Shown here: positions 44,389 to 53,578 of the stretch, one piece after another
Layout of the letters: each line of letters begins with the position of its first letter
Numbering within the stretch: position 1 is the first letter of the stretch
Source of the DNA: an uncultured bacterium
GTDB taxonomy: Bacteria > Cyanobacteriota > Vampirovibrionia > Gastranaerophilales > Gastranaerophilaceae
Length of the DNA: 64,000 bases
NCBI GenBank assembly: GCA_902780525.1
Contig: CACZFL010000006.1
Location: 96,650-160,649, forward strand
Direction of reading: 5' to 3'
Translations under genes and position numbers: made by a program
The notes under the pieces: model-generated
Databases searched by the model: none
The model's input: the letters and a program-made list of their open reading frames with translations, nothing else
What the model was told of the DNA's origin: nothing

Positions 44389-45672
44389 TTATTTATTTAA
44401 CTGTTTCTTTACCCAGCCTTCAAGAACTCTGAGTGGTGCTCTTGTTATCGCTAAAGCCCATGCCGGCAAATCTTTTGTAATAACACTCAAAGCTCCTACG
44501 TTTGCGCCTTCTTCGACCTTAACGGGAGCAACAAGAACAGAATTTGAGCCGATTTTTACATTATCTTCAATTATTGTCTTGCTTTTTTCTTTTGTTAAAG
44601 GGTTGTAATTTGCCGTAATTGTGCCTGCTCCGATATTTACGTTAGAGCCTATTTCAGCATCACCAATGTAAGTAAGGTGGCAGGCGTTTGTGTGAGATTT
44701 GATGTGAGCTTTTTTAACTTCAACAAAATTACCTATTTTTACATTGTCATCTAAAATTACTCCGCCTCTCAGGTGCGCAAACGGACCTATTTTACAATTC
44801 TTTCCTATTTTATTAGCTCCTTCAATATAAGTTGAGGGGTAAATAACAGTATCCGGTTCAATCTCTGTTTCAGGGCTAATCCATGTTGATTCAGGGTCAA
44901 TTATTGTAACTCCGTTTGTAAGATGTTTATTAATAACTCTTCTGTTCAAAAACTTTGTTGCTTCTGCAAGGTTAGCTTTTGAGTTAATACCGTAAATCTC
45001 TTCGTTGTTCTTTAAAGTGTAAGCGTTTACGCTGAGTCCCTGCTCATTTCCCCATTTGATAATGTCAGTTAAGTAATATTCGCCTTGTGCATTGTTTGTT
45101 TTTAGTTGAGAGAAAGCAGGTTTAACTTTTTTCCAGTCGAGGCAATAGATTCCTGCATTTATTTCATTTACTCCCTTTTGTTCCGGAGTTGCGTCTTTTT
45201 CTTCAACAATACCTTCTACATGGCCGTTTGAATTTCTTATAATTCTCCCATAGTTTGTCGGGTTATCAAAAATTGCACTCATTACGGTTAAATCAGATTT
45301 ATTGTTTTTATGGTATTCAACAAATTCTTTCAAAGTTTCGGCAGTTATAAGAGGAGTGTCACCGCAAAGAATAACAACTTCACCGTCAAAGTCCTGAAGG
45401 TATGGTAGAACCATGCTTACTGCGTGTCCTGTTCCCAGCTGAGGTGACTGGAGGACTGTTCTTGCGTTTGAATAATTTTCTTTTATATATTCTTCAACTC
45501 TTTCAGCCTGATGACCCACAATAACAAAGTTTTCATCAGCCAAACCCGTTCCGTTAACAGCTTCTATAACATACCCTACCAAAGTTTTATCAAAAATTGT
45601 ATGCAGAACCTTTGGAGTTTCCGATTTCATTCTTGTACCTTTGCCTGCGGCCAAAATAACTGATTTTAACAT
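44389..45672 (-). CDS. glmU: bifunctional UDP-N-acetylglucosamine pyrophosphorylase / glucosamine-1-phosphate N-acetyltransferase
   Basis: 427 aa. LAAGKGTRMKS nucleotidyltransferase motif and a C-terminal left-handed beta-helix with hexapeptide repeats. Confidence 0.88.
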   Translation of the reverse strand: MLKSVILAAGKGTRMKSETPKVLHTIFDKTLVGYVIEAVNGTGLADENFVIVGHQAERVEEYIKENYSNARTVLQSPQLGTGHAVSMVLPYLQDFDGEVVILCGDTPLITAETLKEFVEYHKNNKSDLTVMSAIFDNPTNYGRIIRNSNGHVEGIVEEKDATPEQKGVNEINAGIYCLDWKKVKPAFSQLKTNNAQGEYYLTDIIKWGNEQGLSVNAYTLKNNEEIYGINSKANLAEATKFLNRRVINKHLTNGVTIIDPESTWISPETEIEPDTVIYPSTYIEGANKIGKNCKIGPFAHLRGGVILDDNVKIGNFVEVKKAHIKSHTNACHLTYIGDAEIGSNVNIGAGTITANYNPLTKEKSKTIIEDNVKIGSNSVLVAPVKVEEGANVGALSVITKDLPAWALAITRAPLRVLEGWVKKQLNK

Positions 45673-45754
45673 AACGATTTCCCTCTTAATCTATTTACCC
45701 AATAATTATATCATAGTATAATTAACTTGTTATTTAAAGAAAAAAGAGGGCAAA

Positions 45755-46603
45755 ATGTATAAACTCGGAATTATCGGATATCCTTTAGGACATTCAGTAT
45801 CAGCAGTAATCCAGAAAGCAGGGCTTGAAAGTATTGGCGAACAAGTTCAGTACGATGTTATGGAAACACCTGCAGAAGATTTGGTTGACAGAATCAAATA
45901 TATTAAAACAAACGGATATCAAGGGTTTAACGTTACAATCCCTCTCAAAGTTCCGATGTCATTGTTTCTAACGGATATAGACGATTACGCAAATGTAGCG
46001 GGCTGTGTTAACACCGTAAAAGTGGTTGGTGAAGCAAAAGAACTTTTTGGTTACAACACTGATATATATGGATTTAAAAAAGCCATTCCGTCTGATATTG
46101 ATCTTAACGGAAAAACAGCAGGTATTCTTGGAACAGGTGGTGCCGCAAGAGCAGCGGTTGTAGGACTTGCAGAAAAGGGAATAAAGAATATTGATTTTTA
46201 TACACGAAACATAATCAACTCTCATCAGACAGTTGCATATGTTCGTGCGCAATTCCCGAAAATTACTTTTAACGTATATCAAATACAAAACATGAGAAGC
46301 CTTGCAGATACGGATATTTTGGTTAATGCCACTCCTATCGGAATGAAAGGTTATATAGCAGACCAGATGGCACTTGAACTTAAGGACTTTGATACACTTA
46401 AACCGACAGCTCCTGTTTACGATATTGTGTATAATCCGATAAAAACAGTTCTTATCAAAGAGGCTGAAAAAAGAGGTTTCAGGACAATCAGCGGACTTGA
46501 CATGCTGATTTATCAAGCAGAAAGAGCAATAGAAATCTGGACAGGAAAAACTCCGGATACAAAACTGATGAAAATTGCTGCCCTGGAAGAGTTACACGGA
46601 TAA
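45755..46603 (+). CDS. aroE: shikimate dehydrogenase
   Basis: 282 aa. GYPLGHSVS, NVTIPLK, NTD and GTGGAARA motifs. Confidence 0.9.
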   Translation: MYKLGIIGYPLGHSVSAVIQKAGLESIGEQVQYDVMETPAEDLVDRIKYIKTNGYQGFNVTIPLKVPMSLFLTDIDDYANVAGCVNTVKVVGEAKELFGYNTDIYGFKKAIPSDIDLNGKTAGILGTGGAARAAVVGLAEKGIKNIDFYTRNIINSHQTVAYVRAQFPKITFNVYQIQNMRSLADTDILVNATPIGMKGYIADQMALELKDFDTLKPTAPVYDIVYNPIKTVLIKEAEKRGFRTISGLDMLIYQAERAIEIWTGKTPDTKLMKIAALEELHG

Positions 46604-46613
46604 ATCGATTTTT

Positions 46614-46631
46614 ATTGTAACAAAATGTTAA
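46614..46631 (+). promoter_or_regulatory. HLR1-like box (one mismatch)
   Basis: ATTGTAACAAAATGTTAA. Reverse complement is TTAACATT-TT-GTTACAAT. About 100 nt upstream of speD. Confidence 0.35.
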
Positions 46632-46733
46632 CTTCTCATATAAAAAGTGTAAAAAATACAAATTTTTTGTTTTTTATAGTAAGATATAAAATGTTAAAAA
46701 AATAATTGATGGAAAATTTATCCATCGGTAGAA

Positions 46734-47210
46734 ATGGAGGCACATGAATTGACAATTGTATCATCATCACTCAGAGAGCTTGAGACTCATTCTAATTTAG
46801 ACACTGTTAATTTAGGTCAACACGTTCTTGCAGAATTTTTTGAATGTGATTCTAATATATTAAATAATATAGATAAAGTAGAAAAGTATATGATAGATGC
46901 AGCTTTAGAGTGTGGTGCGACAATCGTTCAAAAATGTTTCCATATGTTTAACCCCTATGGTGTATCAGGTGTGGTAATTATATCGGAAAGCCACTTGGCT
47001 ATTCATACCTGGCCGGAACTCGGTTACGCAGCAGTTGATTTGTTCACCTGCGGTACAAAATGCGACCCGAAGGTTGCTTATGAGTTCCTTAAAAAAGTAT
47101 TTAACTCAAAGAAAGCTTCTTTTACAGAACTTAAACGCGGTATTATCGACCGTGAAACTCTGAAACTTTCAGAACAACCGTTTGAGGTTGCAGAACAATT
47201 TGAAGAATAG
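46734..47210 (+). CDS. speD: S-adenosylmethionine decarboxylase proenzyme (pyruvoyl, SpeD/SpeH type)
   Basis: 158 aa. VSGVVIISESHLAIHTWPE self-processing site and the TCG motif. The N-terminus is about 25 aa longer than I recall for Bacillus SpeD. Confidence 0.88.
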   Translation: MEAHELTIVSSSLRELETHSNLDTVNLGQHVLAEFFECDSNILNNIDKVEKYMIDAALECGATIVQKCFHMFNPYGVSGVVIISESHLAIHTWPELGYAAVDLFTCGTKCDPKVAYEFLKKVFNSKKASFTELKRGIIDRETLKLSEQPFEVAEQFEE

Positions 47211-47229
47211 AATATAAACGGCATAAATT

Positions 47230-48246
47230 ATGAAAACAGCACAGGTCAACGGGGATAAAATTGTTATAAATGAGGTTGACGATATCAGATTAGAGGGTCG
47301 TAAAGGCTCAATAGTAAAAGTGTTGGGTTGTGGGCTCTGCGGTTCTGATATTGTTAAATTCAGAGAAAAAATTGTTGGCGACGGTGCCGTATTGGGACAT
47401 GAAATAGTTGCCGTCATTGATGAAATTGACTCTGATACTCCTTTTAAAAAAGGTGATAAAATCGTAACTTCACACCATATTCCATGCGGTGAATGTGTTT
47501 ACTGTAAACACGGAAATGTATCAATGTGCGAACATTTTAAATCAACAAATATTCGCCCCGGAGGTTTTAGTGAGAAGGTTTTTGTATCAGAGGAGCATCT
47601 TAAAAACGTTGCGCATCTTGTTCCTAAAGAAATGACAGATGAAGAAATATCATTCTATGAACCGTTGGGATGCTGTGTCAGGGCAATTAAGAGATGTAAT
47701 TTAATCGAAGGTGACAAAGTTCTTGTAATCGGTTTGGGTTCAATCGGACTTCTTATGGGTGAAGGAATAAAGGCTATGGGTTACAAGGTATTTGGCTGCG
47801 ATCTTATTGAAGAAAGAATTGCTCTCGGAAACAAACTTGGAATAGAATCTTATAACTCTTTAAATCTTGATGAGTTTGATAAAATTATTCAGGAAAAAAG
47901 CGGGGGTAAATCTGGGGGTATTGATGCCGTATTTATGACCTCAGGTGCAGATAAAGCATTAGATGTTGCATTAAAAGTTGTAAGAAAAGGCGGAAAAATT
48001 CTTGTATTTTCAAGCACGCCAAGGAATACCGGATATCCCAATAACGAAGTTTATTACAAAGAATTGACAGTTTTGGGCAGTTACTCGCCTTCACCTAAGG
48101 ATTTAAAGGATTCTTTTGATTTATTGACTTCACATAAAGTAAATGTAAAACATCTTACAACAGTTTATCCTCTGGAAAGTATTCAACAAGCTTTTGAAGA
48201 CACTGTTGCAAACAAAATTCTGAAAGCATATATTAAAATATCATAA
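47230..48246 (+). CDS. zinc-dependent medium-chain dehydrogenase/reductase
   Basis: 338 aa. GCGLCGSD, GHE, structural-zinc Cys cluster CGECVYCKHGNVSMC, and the Rossmann motif GLGSIG. Confidence 0.85.
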   Translation: MKTAQVNGDKIVINEVDDIRLEGRKGSIVKVLGCGLCGSDIVKFREKIVGDGAVLGHEIVAVIDEIDSDTPFKKGDKIVTSHHIPCGECVYCKHGNVSMCEHFKSTNIRPGGFSEKVFVSEEHLKNVAHLVPKEMTDEEISFYEPLGCCVRAIKRCNLIEGDKVLVIGLGSIGLLMGEGIKAMGYKVFGCDLIEERIALGNKLGIESYNSLNLDEFDKIIQEKSGGKSGGIDAVFMTSGADKALDVALKVVRKGGKILVFSSTPRNTGYPNNEVYYKELTVLGSYSPSPKDLKDSFDLLTSHKVNVKHLTTVYPLESIQQAFEDTVANKILKAYIKIS

Positions 48247-48249
48247 CGC

Positions 48250-48277
48250 TTGACATCAAAGTATGAGCATGTAATAT
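48250..48277 (+). promoter_or_regulatory. sigma-70-type promoter candidate for tRNA-Gly
   Basis: TTGACA-N16-TAATAT, ending 12 nt upstream of the tRNA 5' end. Confidence 0.55.
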
Positions 48278-48289
48278 AGTACTATACCC

Positions 48290-48364
48290 GCGGGGGTAAT
48301 TCAGTGGTAGAATGCCTCCTTGCCAAGGAGGATGTCGCGAGTTCGAGCCTCGTCTCCCGCTCCA
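48290..48364 (+). tRNA. tRNA-Gly (anticodon GCC), CCA encoded
   Basis: GCGGGGGTAATTCAGTGGTAGAATGCCTCCTTGCCAAGGAGGATGTCGCGAGTTCGAGCCTCGTCTCCCGCTCCA folds into a cloverleaf with anticodon loop TTGCCAA. Confidence 0.95.
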
Positions 48365-48400
48365 TTTAAAAATAATAAAGAGATTCATAAATTTAAAACT

Positions 48401-48423
48401 AAGCCAAAAAGCTTGGTTTTTTT
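48401..48423 (+). terminator. weak intrinsic terminator after tRNA-Gly
   Basis: A short AAGC/GCTT (or CCAA/TTGG) stem followed by T7. Confidence 0.35.
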
Positions 48424-48487
48424 ATTAGGGGGTAAATGGATAAAGGGGTAAAGTGGTAAATATTGGAGTCTAAACTCCGGAGAAGGT

Positions 48488-48832
48488 ATGTCAAATCAAT
48501 CAATTGGTCAAAATGGTGAAGAAATCGCAAAAAATTATCTTGAAAAGACGGGATATAAAATATTGGAAACGAATAAACGTTTTTCAAACCTCTGCGAAAT
48601 AGACATTATTGCGCTTGATAAAAAAACGCTTGTTTTTGTCGAAGTCAAAACCCGTAAAACAGATGTGTGCGGTCACCCTCTCGAAGCGATAACAAAGAAC
48701 AAATATAATCACATAAAGCAGGGTATATACCTTTATTTACAGGAAAATCAGCAATACAAAAAATACCGTATTGATGCAATATCAGTCTTGCTAAAACCCG
48801 AATTGAAAATTGAGCATATTAAAAATGTATAA
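48488..48832 (+). CDS. yraN: YraN-family (UPF0102) endonuclease-like protein
   Basis: 114 aa. GEEIAKNYLEKTGYKIL....EIDIIA....LVFVEVKTR pattern. Confidence 0.88.
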   Translation: MSNQSIGQNGEEIAKNYLEKTGYKILETNKRFSNLCEIDIIALDKKTLVFVEVKTRKTDVCGHPLEAITKNKYNHIKQGIYLYLQENQQYKKYRIDAISVLLKPELKIEHIKNV

Positions 48833-48920
48833 AATACCGTTACAAACCTTAATGAATAAGGCAATTTTTAAGTAGTTAAATACTTTATATCTATATATCA
48901 GAAAAACATAAGGAATTATT

Positions 48921-50105
48921 ATGATTAATTTTGACGGCATTTATTCAAATAGAATGACTCAGAATGTGTTTCAGTCCGCTAAAGGTTCTGAAAATGATGA
49001 CAAAAAAGATTTGCAAACCAGTCCGGCAGAAGAGTTATCTAATACAAATGATGTTACTCCGGCAGAAACCTCTAAACCGTATGAAAATATGGGATTAAGA
49101 CTTTCGGGAACACGAAGTGAAGCTACGGCAAAAAGAGAAGTCAGTCCCGAGTTTCAGGAAGCTATTGATTTTTACAATAACAGTATGACCTCGTCCCAGC
49201 GTCATTCTGTTACCAATCAGGCAGAAAATAATATCATAGCTGCATTAAGTAAAATGGAGCAGGATATAAATATGGCATACATTGAATGTGCGGCATATAA
49301 AGACCCTAATATTATGGTAGTCGTTCACTCTCCGTACAGGCATTATATTTACCCGCGCTGGCATGACAGACTTTTAAACTTTGATATTGATGCTCTCAGA
49401 AAACAAACAACAGAAGATATGGATTCCCTGAATGACATAAGGGATAAAATGGAATACATAATGGAAGCGGCAAACGGAGATCCGGAACACTATACTCCTC
49501 CGAAAAAAGAATATGATGTTGATAAGATTGCCGAAGAATACCTGCAAATGAGTTATGAAGATTTTGCAGCAAAATATCCGACAGAGCTTGAAAAATGCAA
49601 ATATGTTACTCTTGCTGATGTAGGAAATATGACTGAAACAGAGGCTTATGTGTACGGAAGAGCAAAAGCCTATGCTGCGGCAATGCTTGATATAACAACA
49701 AATGATGCCCACAATACTCACTGGGATATTCAGGAACGTAAATTGTATGAGGCTCTTGCAGCAAGTGATGCTATATTTGCGTTATCAGAGTTTGAGTATG
49801 ACGGAATTACTCCTGAAGGGCTTGCAAGTATAGAAAGTCCAATTGCATACAATGCTTTTGAAACGGCATTAATAGAAAAATATCAACCTCTGAAGCCGGA
49901 AGAACCAACAACCCCTGATGTTCCGCCACCGGATGATAATAACGATAATCCTGATGACGGAAATGATGATACCGAAACATCAATACAGAATACCGAAACT
50001 TCAAATGTGCAGCAAAAACCTGTAAAACGTGTTGTTAACGGTGCTGTTTTAATTTTTAATCCTGACGGAACGGTATATAATGTGTACGGACAAAGAATTA
50101 AATAG
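48921..50105 (+). CDS. hypothetical protein (orphan) with acidic Pro/Asp/Asn-rich C-terminal linker
   Basis: 394 aa. TAAGGAAT SD-like sequence. No recognisable domain. PEEPTTPDVPPPDDNNDNPDDGNDD linker before the last 40 aa. Confidence 0.7.
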   Translation: MINFDGIYSNRMTQNVFQSAKGSENDDKKDLQTSPAEELSNTNDVTPAETSKPYENMGLRLSGTRSEATAKREVSPEFQEAIDFYNNSMTSSQRHSVTNQAENNIIAALSKMEQDINMAYIECAAYKDPNIMVVVHSPYRHYIYPRWHDRLLNFDIDALRKQTTEDMDSLNDIRDKMEYIMEAANGDPEHYTPPKKEYDVDKIAEEYLQMSYEDFAAKYPTELEKCKYVTLADVGNMTETEAYVYGRAKAYAAAMLDITTNDAHNTHWDIQERKLYEALAASDAIFALSEFEYDGITPEGLASIESPIAYNAFETALIEKYQPLKPEEPTTPDVPPPDDNNDNPDDGNDDTETSIQNTETSNVQQKPVKRVVNGAVLIFNPDGTVYNVYGQRIK

Positions 50106-50124
50106 GTTTTACAGTAAAGAAAAA

Positions 50125-50157
50125 GGCGGTTTTTCAGAATGAAAAACCGCTTTTTTT
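50125..50157 (+). terminator. intrinsic terminator
   Basis: GGCGGTTTTTC-AGAA-TGAAAAACCGC followed by T7. Confidence 0.8.
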
Positions 50158-50208
50158 CATAGCAAATATTTTTTTTAGGAGGTTTTATATAAGAAAAGGC
50201 AGGTAAAA

Positions 50209-50565
50209 ATGAATAATATAACACCCATATCTTCTGTATCATTTAGCGGACTCGCAGTTTACGGCACAGTTTCCGGTAAAAACGTGAAAAAACTTGGCGA
50301 CTTTGCTTCCAGAGTCGAAAATATAAATTTTATAAATGACCTTGAAAAATATTTTGAAGTTGATGCTGTTTTGGATAACGAGATTACCAAAATGAGTTTT
50401 GTACATAAAAAATTCGGAGATTTATCAGGAAGATTCGGATGCAGCTCATATCCTCTTGAAAATGTTTTCAGAGATGTAACTGAAGTTATCAAAGATATCA
50501 AATCAGCCATAAAAAGAGCAGAAAAAAACAGCGATAAATGTGCTGTTGAAAAACGAGGCTGCTAA
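50209..50565 (+). CDS. hypothetical protein (orphan)
   Basis: 118 aa. AGGCAGG SD-like sequence upstream. N-terminus MNNITPISSVSFSGL. Confidence 0.6.
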   Translation: MNNITPISSVSFSGLAVYGTVSGKNVKKLGDFASRVENINFINDLEKYFEVDAVLDNEITKMSFVHKKFGDLSGRFGCSSYPLENVFRDVTEVIKDIKSAIKRAEKNSDKCAVEKRGC

Positions 50566-50621
50566 TTATTTCTATTAAATTTGTTTATGATATTATTAAA
50601 TAAAGAAGTGAGGATATTATT

Positions 50622-52070
50622 ATGACAGATTTAAGAGATAAATACGAAGTCGTTATAGGGCTTGAGGTTCACGCTCAGTTAAAGACAAAATCAAAGATTT
50701 TTGCACCTGATTCAACAGAATTTGGAAGCGAGCAGAACTCTCACACCAGCGCAATTACTTTGGGTATGCCCGGTGTTTTGCCTGTTTTAAATAAAGAATG
50801 TGTTAATATGGGTATTTTGTTAGGTCTTGCACTTAACTGTGAAATTCCTAACAGATGTAAATTTGACAGAAAACAATATTTTTACCCTGATCTTCCGAAA
50901 GGATACCAAATCTCTCAATATGATGAGCCGATTTGTGTAAACGGCTGGCTGAATGTTAAGGGTAAGAGAATCGGTATTACACGTGCGCACTTGGAAGAAG
51001 ATGCAGGTAAACTTGTTCACGTAGGTGCCGCAGGTATTAACGGCGCCACTTATTCTCTTGTTGACTTAAACAGAGCCGGCACTCCGCTTCTTGAAATCGT
51101 GTCAGAACCTGATATGCGCTCAAGTGAAGAAGCACGAAACTATATGGAAGAACTCAGAAACATTGTTCGTTATCTTGGTGTTTGCGATGGTAACCTTGAA
51201 GAAGGTTCAATGAGATGCGACGCTAATATTTCTATTATGCCAAAAGGTTCTGATAAATTTGGAACAAGAGCAGAAATCAAGAACGTAAACAGTTTCTCTG
51301 CACTTCAAAGAGCTATTGAATACGAAATCGACAGACAAATTGAAATCGTTGAAGAAGGCGGCGAAGTTGTTCAGGAAACTCGCCTTTGGGATGACAACCT
51401 AAAAGAAACACGCTCAATGAGAGGCAAAGAAGATGCTCACGATTACAGATATTTCCCTGAACCTGATTTGATGCCATTAGAAATATCAAGAGAATGGGTT
51501 GAAGATATCAGAAAAACAATGCCGGAGCTTCCTGAACAGAAAAGACAAAGATATATGGGTTTGGGTCTGAGCGAATACGATGCAAGTGTTATTGTCGAGC
51601 AAATGGCATCGGCTTTATTCTTTGATAAAGTTCTTGAACTTGGTGCAAATCCTAAGACTGCAGTTAACTTTATGATGGGTGAAATCGCAGCATACTTAAA
51701 AGAAAACAAAGTTGAAATAGATGAAACAAAATTGACTCCTGAAAACTTGGCTGAGTTAATTGCATTAATCGAAAAAGGAACAATATCTAATAACATTGGT
51801 AAACAAATTCTTGTTGAAGAGATGATAGTTAATGGTGAAAAAGCATCTGCTATCGTTGAGAAGAAAGGTTTGAGCCAAATCTCAGACGAAGGTGCAATTA
51901 AAGAGATTGTTGAAAAAGTTGTTAGCGCTCACCCGGCTGAGATTGAATCCTACAAAAACGGTAAAACAAACCTTCTTGGTTTCTTCGTCGGTCAGGTTAT
52001 GAAGGAAACAAAAGGCAGAGCTAACCCGAAAACAGTTAATGAACTGGTTAGAAAAATTCTGGAAGGCTAG
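50622..52070 (+). CDS. gatB: Asp-tRNA(Asn)/Glu-tRNA(Gln) amidotransferase subunit B
   Basis: 482 aa. N-terminal YEVVIGLEVHAQL and full-length resemblance including the C-terminal YqeY-like domain. Confidence 0.96.
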   Translation: MTDLRDKYEVVIGLEVHAQLKTKSKIFAPDSTEFGSEQNSHTSAITLGMPGVLPVLNKECVNMGILLGLALNCEIPNRCKFDRKQYFYPDLPKGYQISQYDEPICVNGWLNVKGKRIGITRAHLEEDAGKLVHVGAAGINGATYSLVDLNRAGTPLLEIVSEPDMRSSEEARNYMEELRNIVRYLGVCDGNLEEGSMRCDANISIMPKGSDKFGTRAEIKNVNSFSALQRAIEYEIDRQIEIVEEGGEVVQETRLWDDNLKETRSMRGKEDAHDYRYFPEPDLMPLEISREWVEDIRKTMPELPEQKRQRYMGLGLSEYDASVIVEQMASALFFDKVLELGANPKTAVNFMMGEIAAYLKENKVEIDETKLTPENLAELIALIEKGTISNNIGKQILVEEMIVNGEKASAIVEKKGLSQISDEGAIKEIVEKVVSAHPAEIESYKNGKTNLLGFFVGQVMKETKGRANPKTVNELVRKILEG

Positions 52071-52086
52071 AGCTAAATATATAATT

Positions 52087-52115
52087 AAAAATCGGGTTGA
52101 TAAAACCCGATTTTT
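52087..52115. terminator. bidirectional intrinsic terminator between gatB and tsaC
   Basis: A4, ATCGGGTT, 5-nt loop, AACCCGAT, T5. Confidence 0.75.
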
Positions 52116-52692
52116 ATACTATTTCAATCTCGCCCTGACGGTAAATAACAGGCATACCCTCTTTGAAACCTGCAACGGTTGAGGCTCTCCCTTGTGCTTC
52201 GTGTCTGCAGCTTTCAATGACTAAATCAACTTTGTCGCCAATATATTTAACTGCTTCTTCGTAAGTTAATGCAGGCGGTTCGCCTGATATATTTGCACTT
52301 GTTGTAGCTAATACGTGACCGTCAATATTTTTGCATATATTTGAGAAGGTTTCATTATCAGGAACTCTTATCCCAACAGTTGAAAGGTTTGAAGTCATAT
52401 AATCGGGTGTGTTTTCAGATTTTTCAAGTACAAGTGTTAATGCTCCGGGAAAATATTTTTTGATTAATCTTTGAGCTTCTTTTTCTATTGGCTGGCATAC
52501 GTAATCAAAAAGCGGGTAAATATCATAACTCATAAGTATAAGCGGTTTTTTTGCTTCTCTGTGTTTTATGTCATATATTTTTTTTACTGCTTTTTCACTG
52601 TTTGGAAGACAGCCCAGCCCCCAAACCGTATCTGTTACAAAAGCAATTACACCGTCATTTTTAAGTATTTCGTTTATTTTTGAATAATCCAT
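52114..52692 (-). CDS. tsaC: L-threonylcarbamoyladenylate synthase (YrdC/TsaC type)
   Basis: 192 aa. TDTVWGLGC, KKPLILM, VGIRVP and TSANISGEP motifs. Confidence 0.9.
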   Translation of the reverse strand: MDYSKINEILKNDGVIAFVTDTVWGLGCLPNSEKAVKKIYDIKHREAKKPLILMSYDIYPLFDYVCQPIEKEAQRLIKKYFPGALTLVLEKSENTPDYMTSNLSTVGIRVPDNETFSNICKNIDGHVLATTSANISGEPPALTYEEAVKYIGDKVDLVIESCRHEAQGRASTVAGFKEGMPVIYRQGEIEIV

Positions 52693-52765
52693 AAATTTAT
52701 ATTACATCCTTTTCCTATTTACCCCTTTATATTATAATACATATGTAAAATATAGGAGATAAAAT

Positions 52766-53026
52766 ATGGTTCAACAGTTTAATAACATCCCTCCGCAAGG
52801 TCCTCAAAAAACAAGACAGGCAGTAATCCTTTTCTTAAAAGGTTCAGCTGCTCCTGTTGTTATGTATTTTGATAATCCTCAGGCGGTATATGCAGAACTT
52901 AAACAACTTATGAAAAGTCCGACTCCGGTTCTGGTTGAAAAAGAACCGATTGGACCTATTAAGAAACTTTGCTTTATTTCAACTCAGATTGCAGGTTTAG
53001 TACTTCAAGAAGAACCATATGTTTAA
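52766..53026 (+). CDS. small hypothetical protein
   Basis: 86 aa. TAGGAG SD. Lies immediately upstream of yceD-rpmF. Confidence 0.55.
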   Translation: MVQQFNNIPPQGPQKTRQAVILFLKGSAAPVVMYFDNPQAVYAELKQLMKSPTPVLVEKEPIGPIKKLCFISTQIAGLVLQEEPYV

Positions 53027-53040
53027 GTAGAAAGTTAAAA

Positions 53041-53535
53041 ATGGAAAACGAAAAGTACAGGTTAAGCATAGCTGATATTGAAGATGAAGAAATTTTAGAG
53101 TTCGATTTTGATGACGATATCAAAGAACTTGAAGATTGTCATGTTTCTGCAGAGCTGGATTTTTACTCTATGGGAGATTTTATTGAGGCAAAAGGACATG
53201 TTGAAGGAAAAGTTACACTTGAATGTGACAGATGCTTGAATAAATTTGTTCAGGATTTGGACTTTGATATAGATGAAACTTTTGCAAAAAAATCTTTGCT
53301 TGATGAATACGGACAAGAGGTAGAACTCTCTAACGGTCAGTTTGTAACTGATTTAGACGGTGCAGAAGAAATTGATGTTTATGACCTTTTGTATCAATCT
53401 GTAATATTAGCTTTACCAAACAAAAAGGTTTGTGGTATAAATTGTAATGAGGGATTATTTGTATCAACTGATGAAATAAAAACTCACGACACCAGAATGG
53501 ATGTTTTCAAAAATATCCAAATAAAGGGAAAGTAA
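53041..53535 (+). CDS. yceD: YceD/DUF177 family protein
   Basis: The track ORF starts at 52969. The ATG at 53041 (MENEKYRL) avoids overlap with the upstream ORF. CDRCL motif, a C-terminal Cys motif, and the classic position upstream of rpmF. Confidence 0.8.
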   Translation: MENEKYRLSIADIEDEEILEFDFDDDIKELEDCHVSAELDFYSMGDFIEAKGHVEGKVTLECDRCLNKFVQDLDFDIDETFAKKSLLDEYGQEVELSNGQFVTDLDGAEEIDVYDLLYQSVILALPNKKVCGINCNEGLFVSTDEIKTHDTRMDVFKNIQIKGK

Positions 53536-53578
53536 TTAACCCGATAATATAAGTAGTAAAAAGAAAGGTATAAGGAAA

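Noticed and set aside
47902-47925. GGGGTAAATCTGGGGGTA inside the Zn-dehydrogenase CDS as a functional copy of the intergenic motif.
   Set aside because: It encodes the Gly-rich loop SGGKSGGID, so the G runs are explained by coding constraints. I counted it only as a chance or coding occurrence.
48428-48464. Whether the tandem GGGGTAAA-type repeats could be a CRISPR array or a telomere-like repeat.
   Set aside because: The units are 8-10 nt, degenerate and directly abutting, with no spacers. Copies are dispersed singly across the window. No cas genes are present, and the segment shows no sign of a replicon end.
52969-53040. Upstream extension of the yceD ORF, overlapping the 86-aa ORF.
   Set aside because: The extension overlaps the preceding ORF in another frame and adds non-conserved residues. 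The first ATG at 53041 is the more economical start, though its SD is weak.
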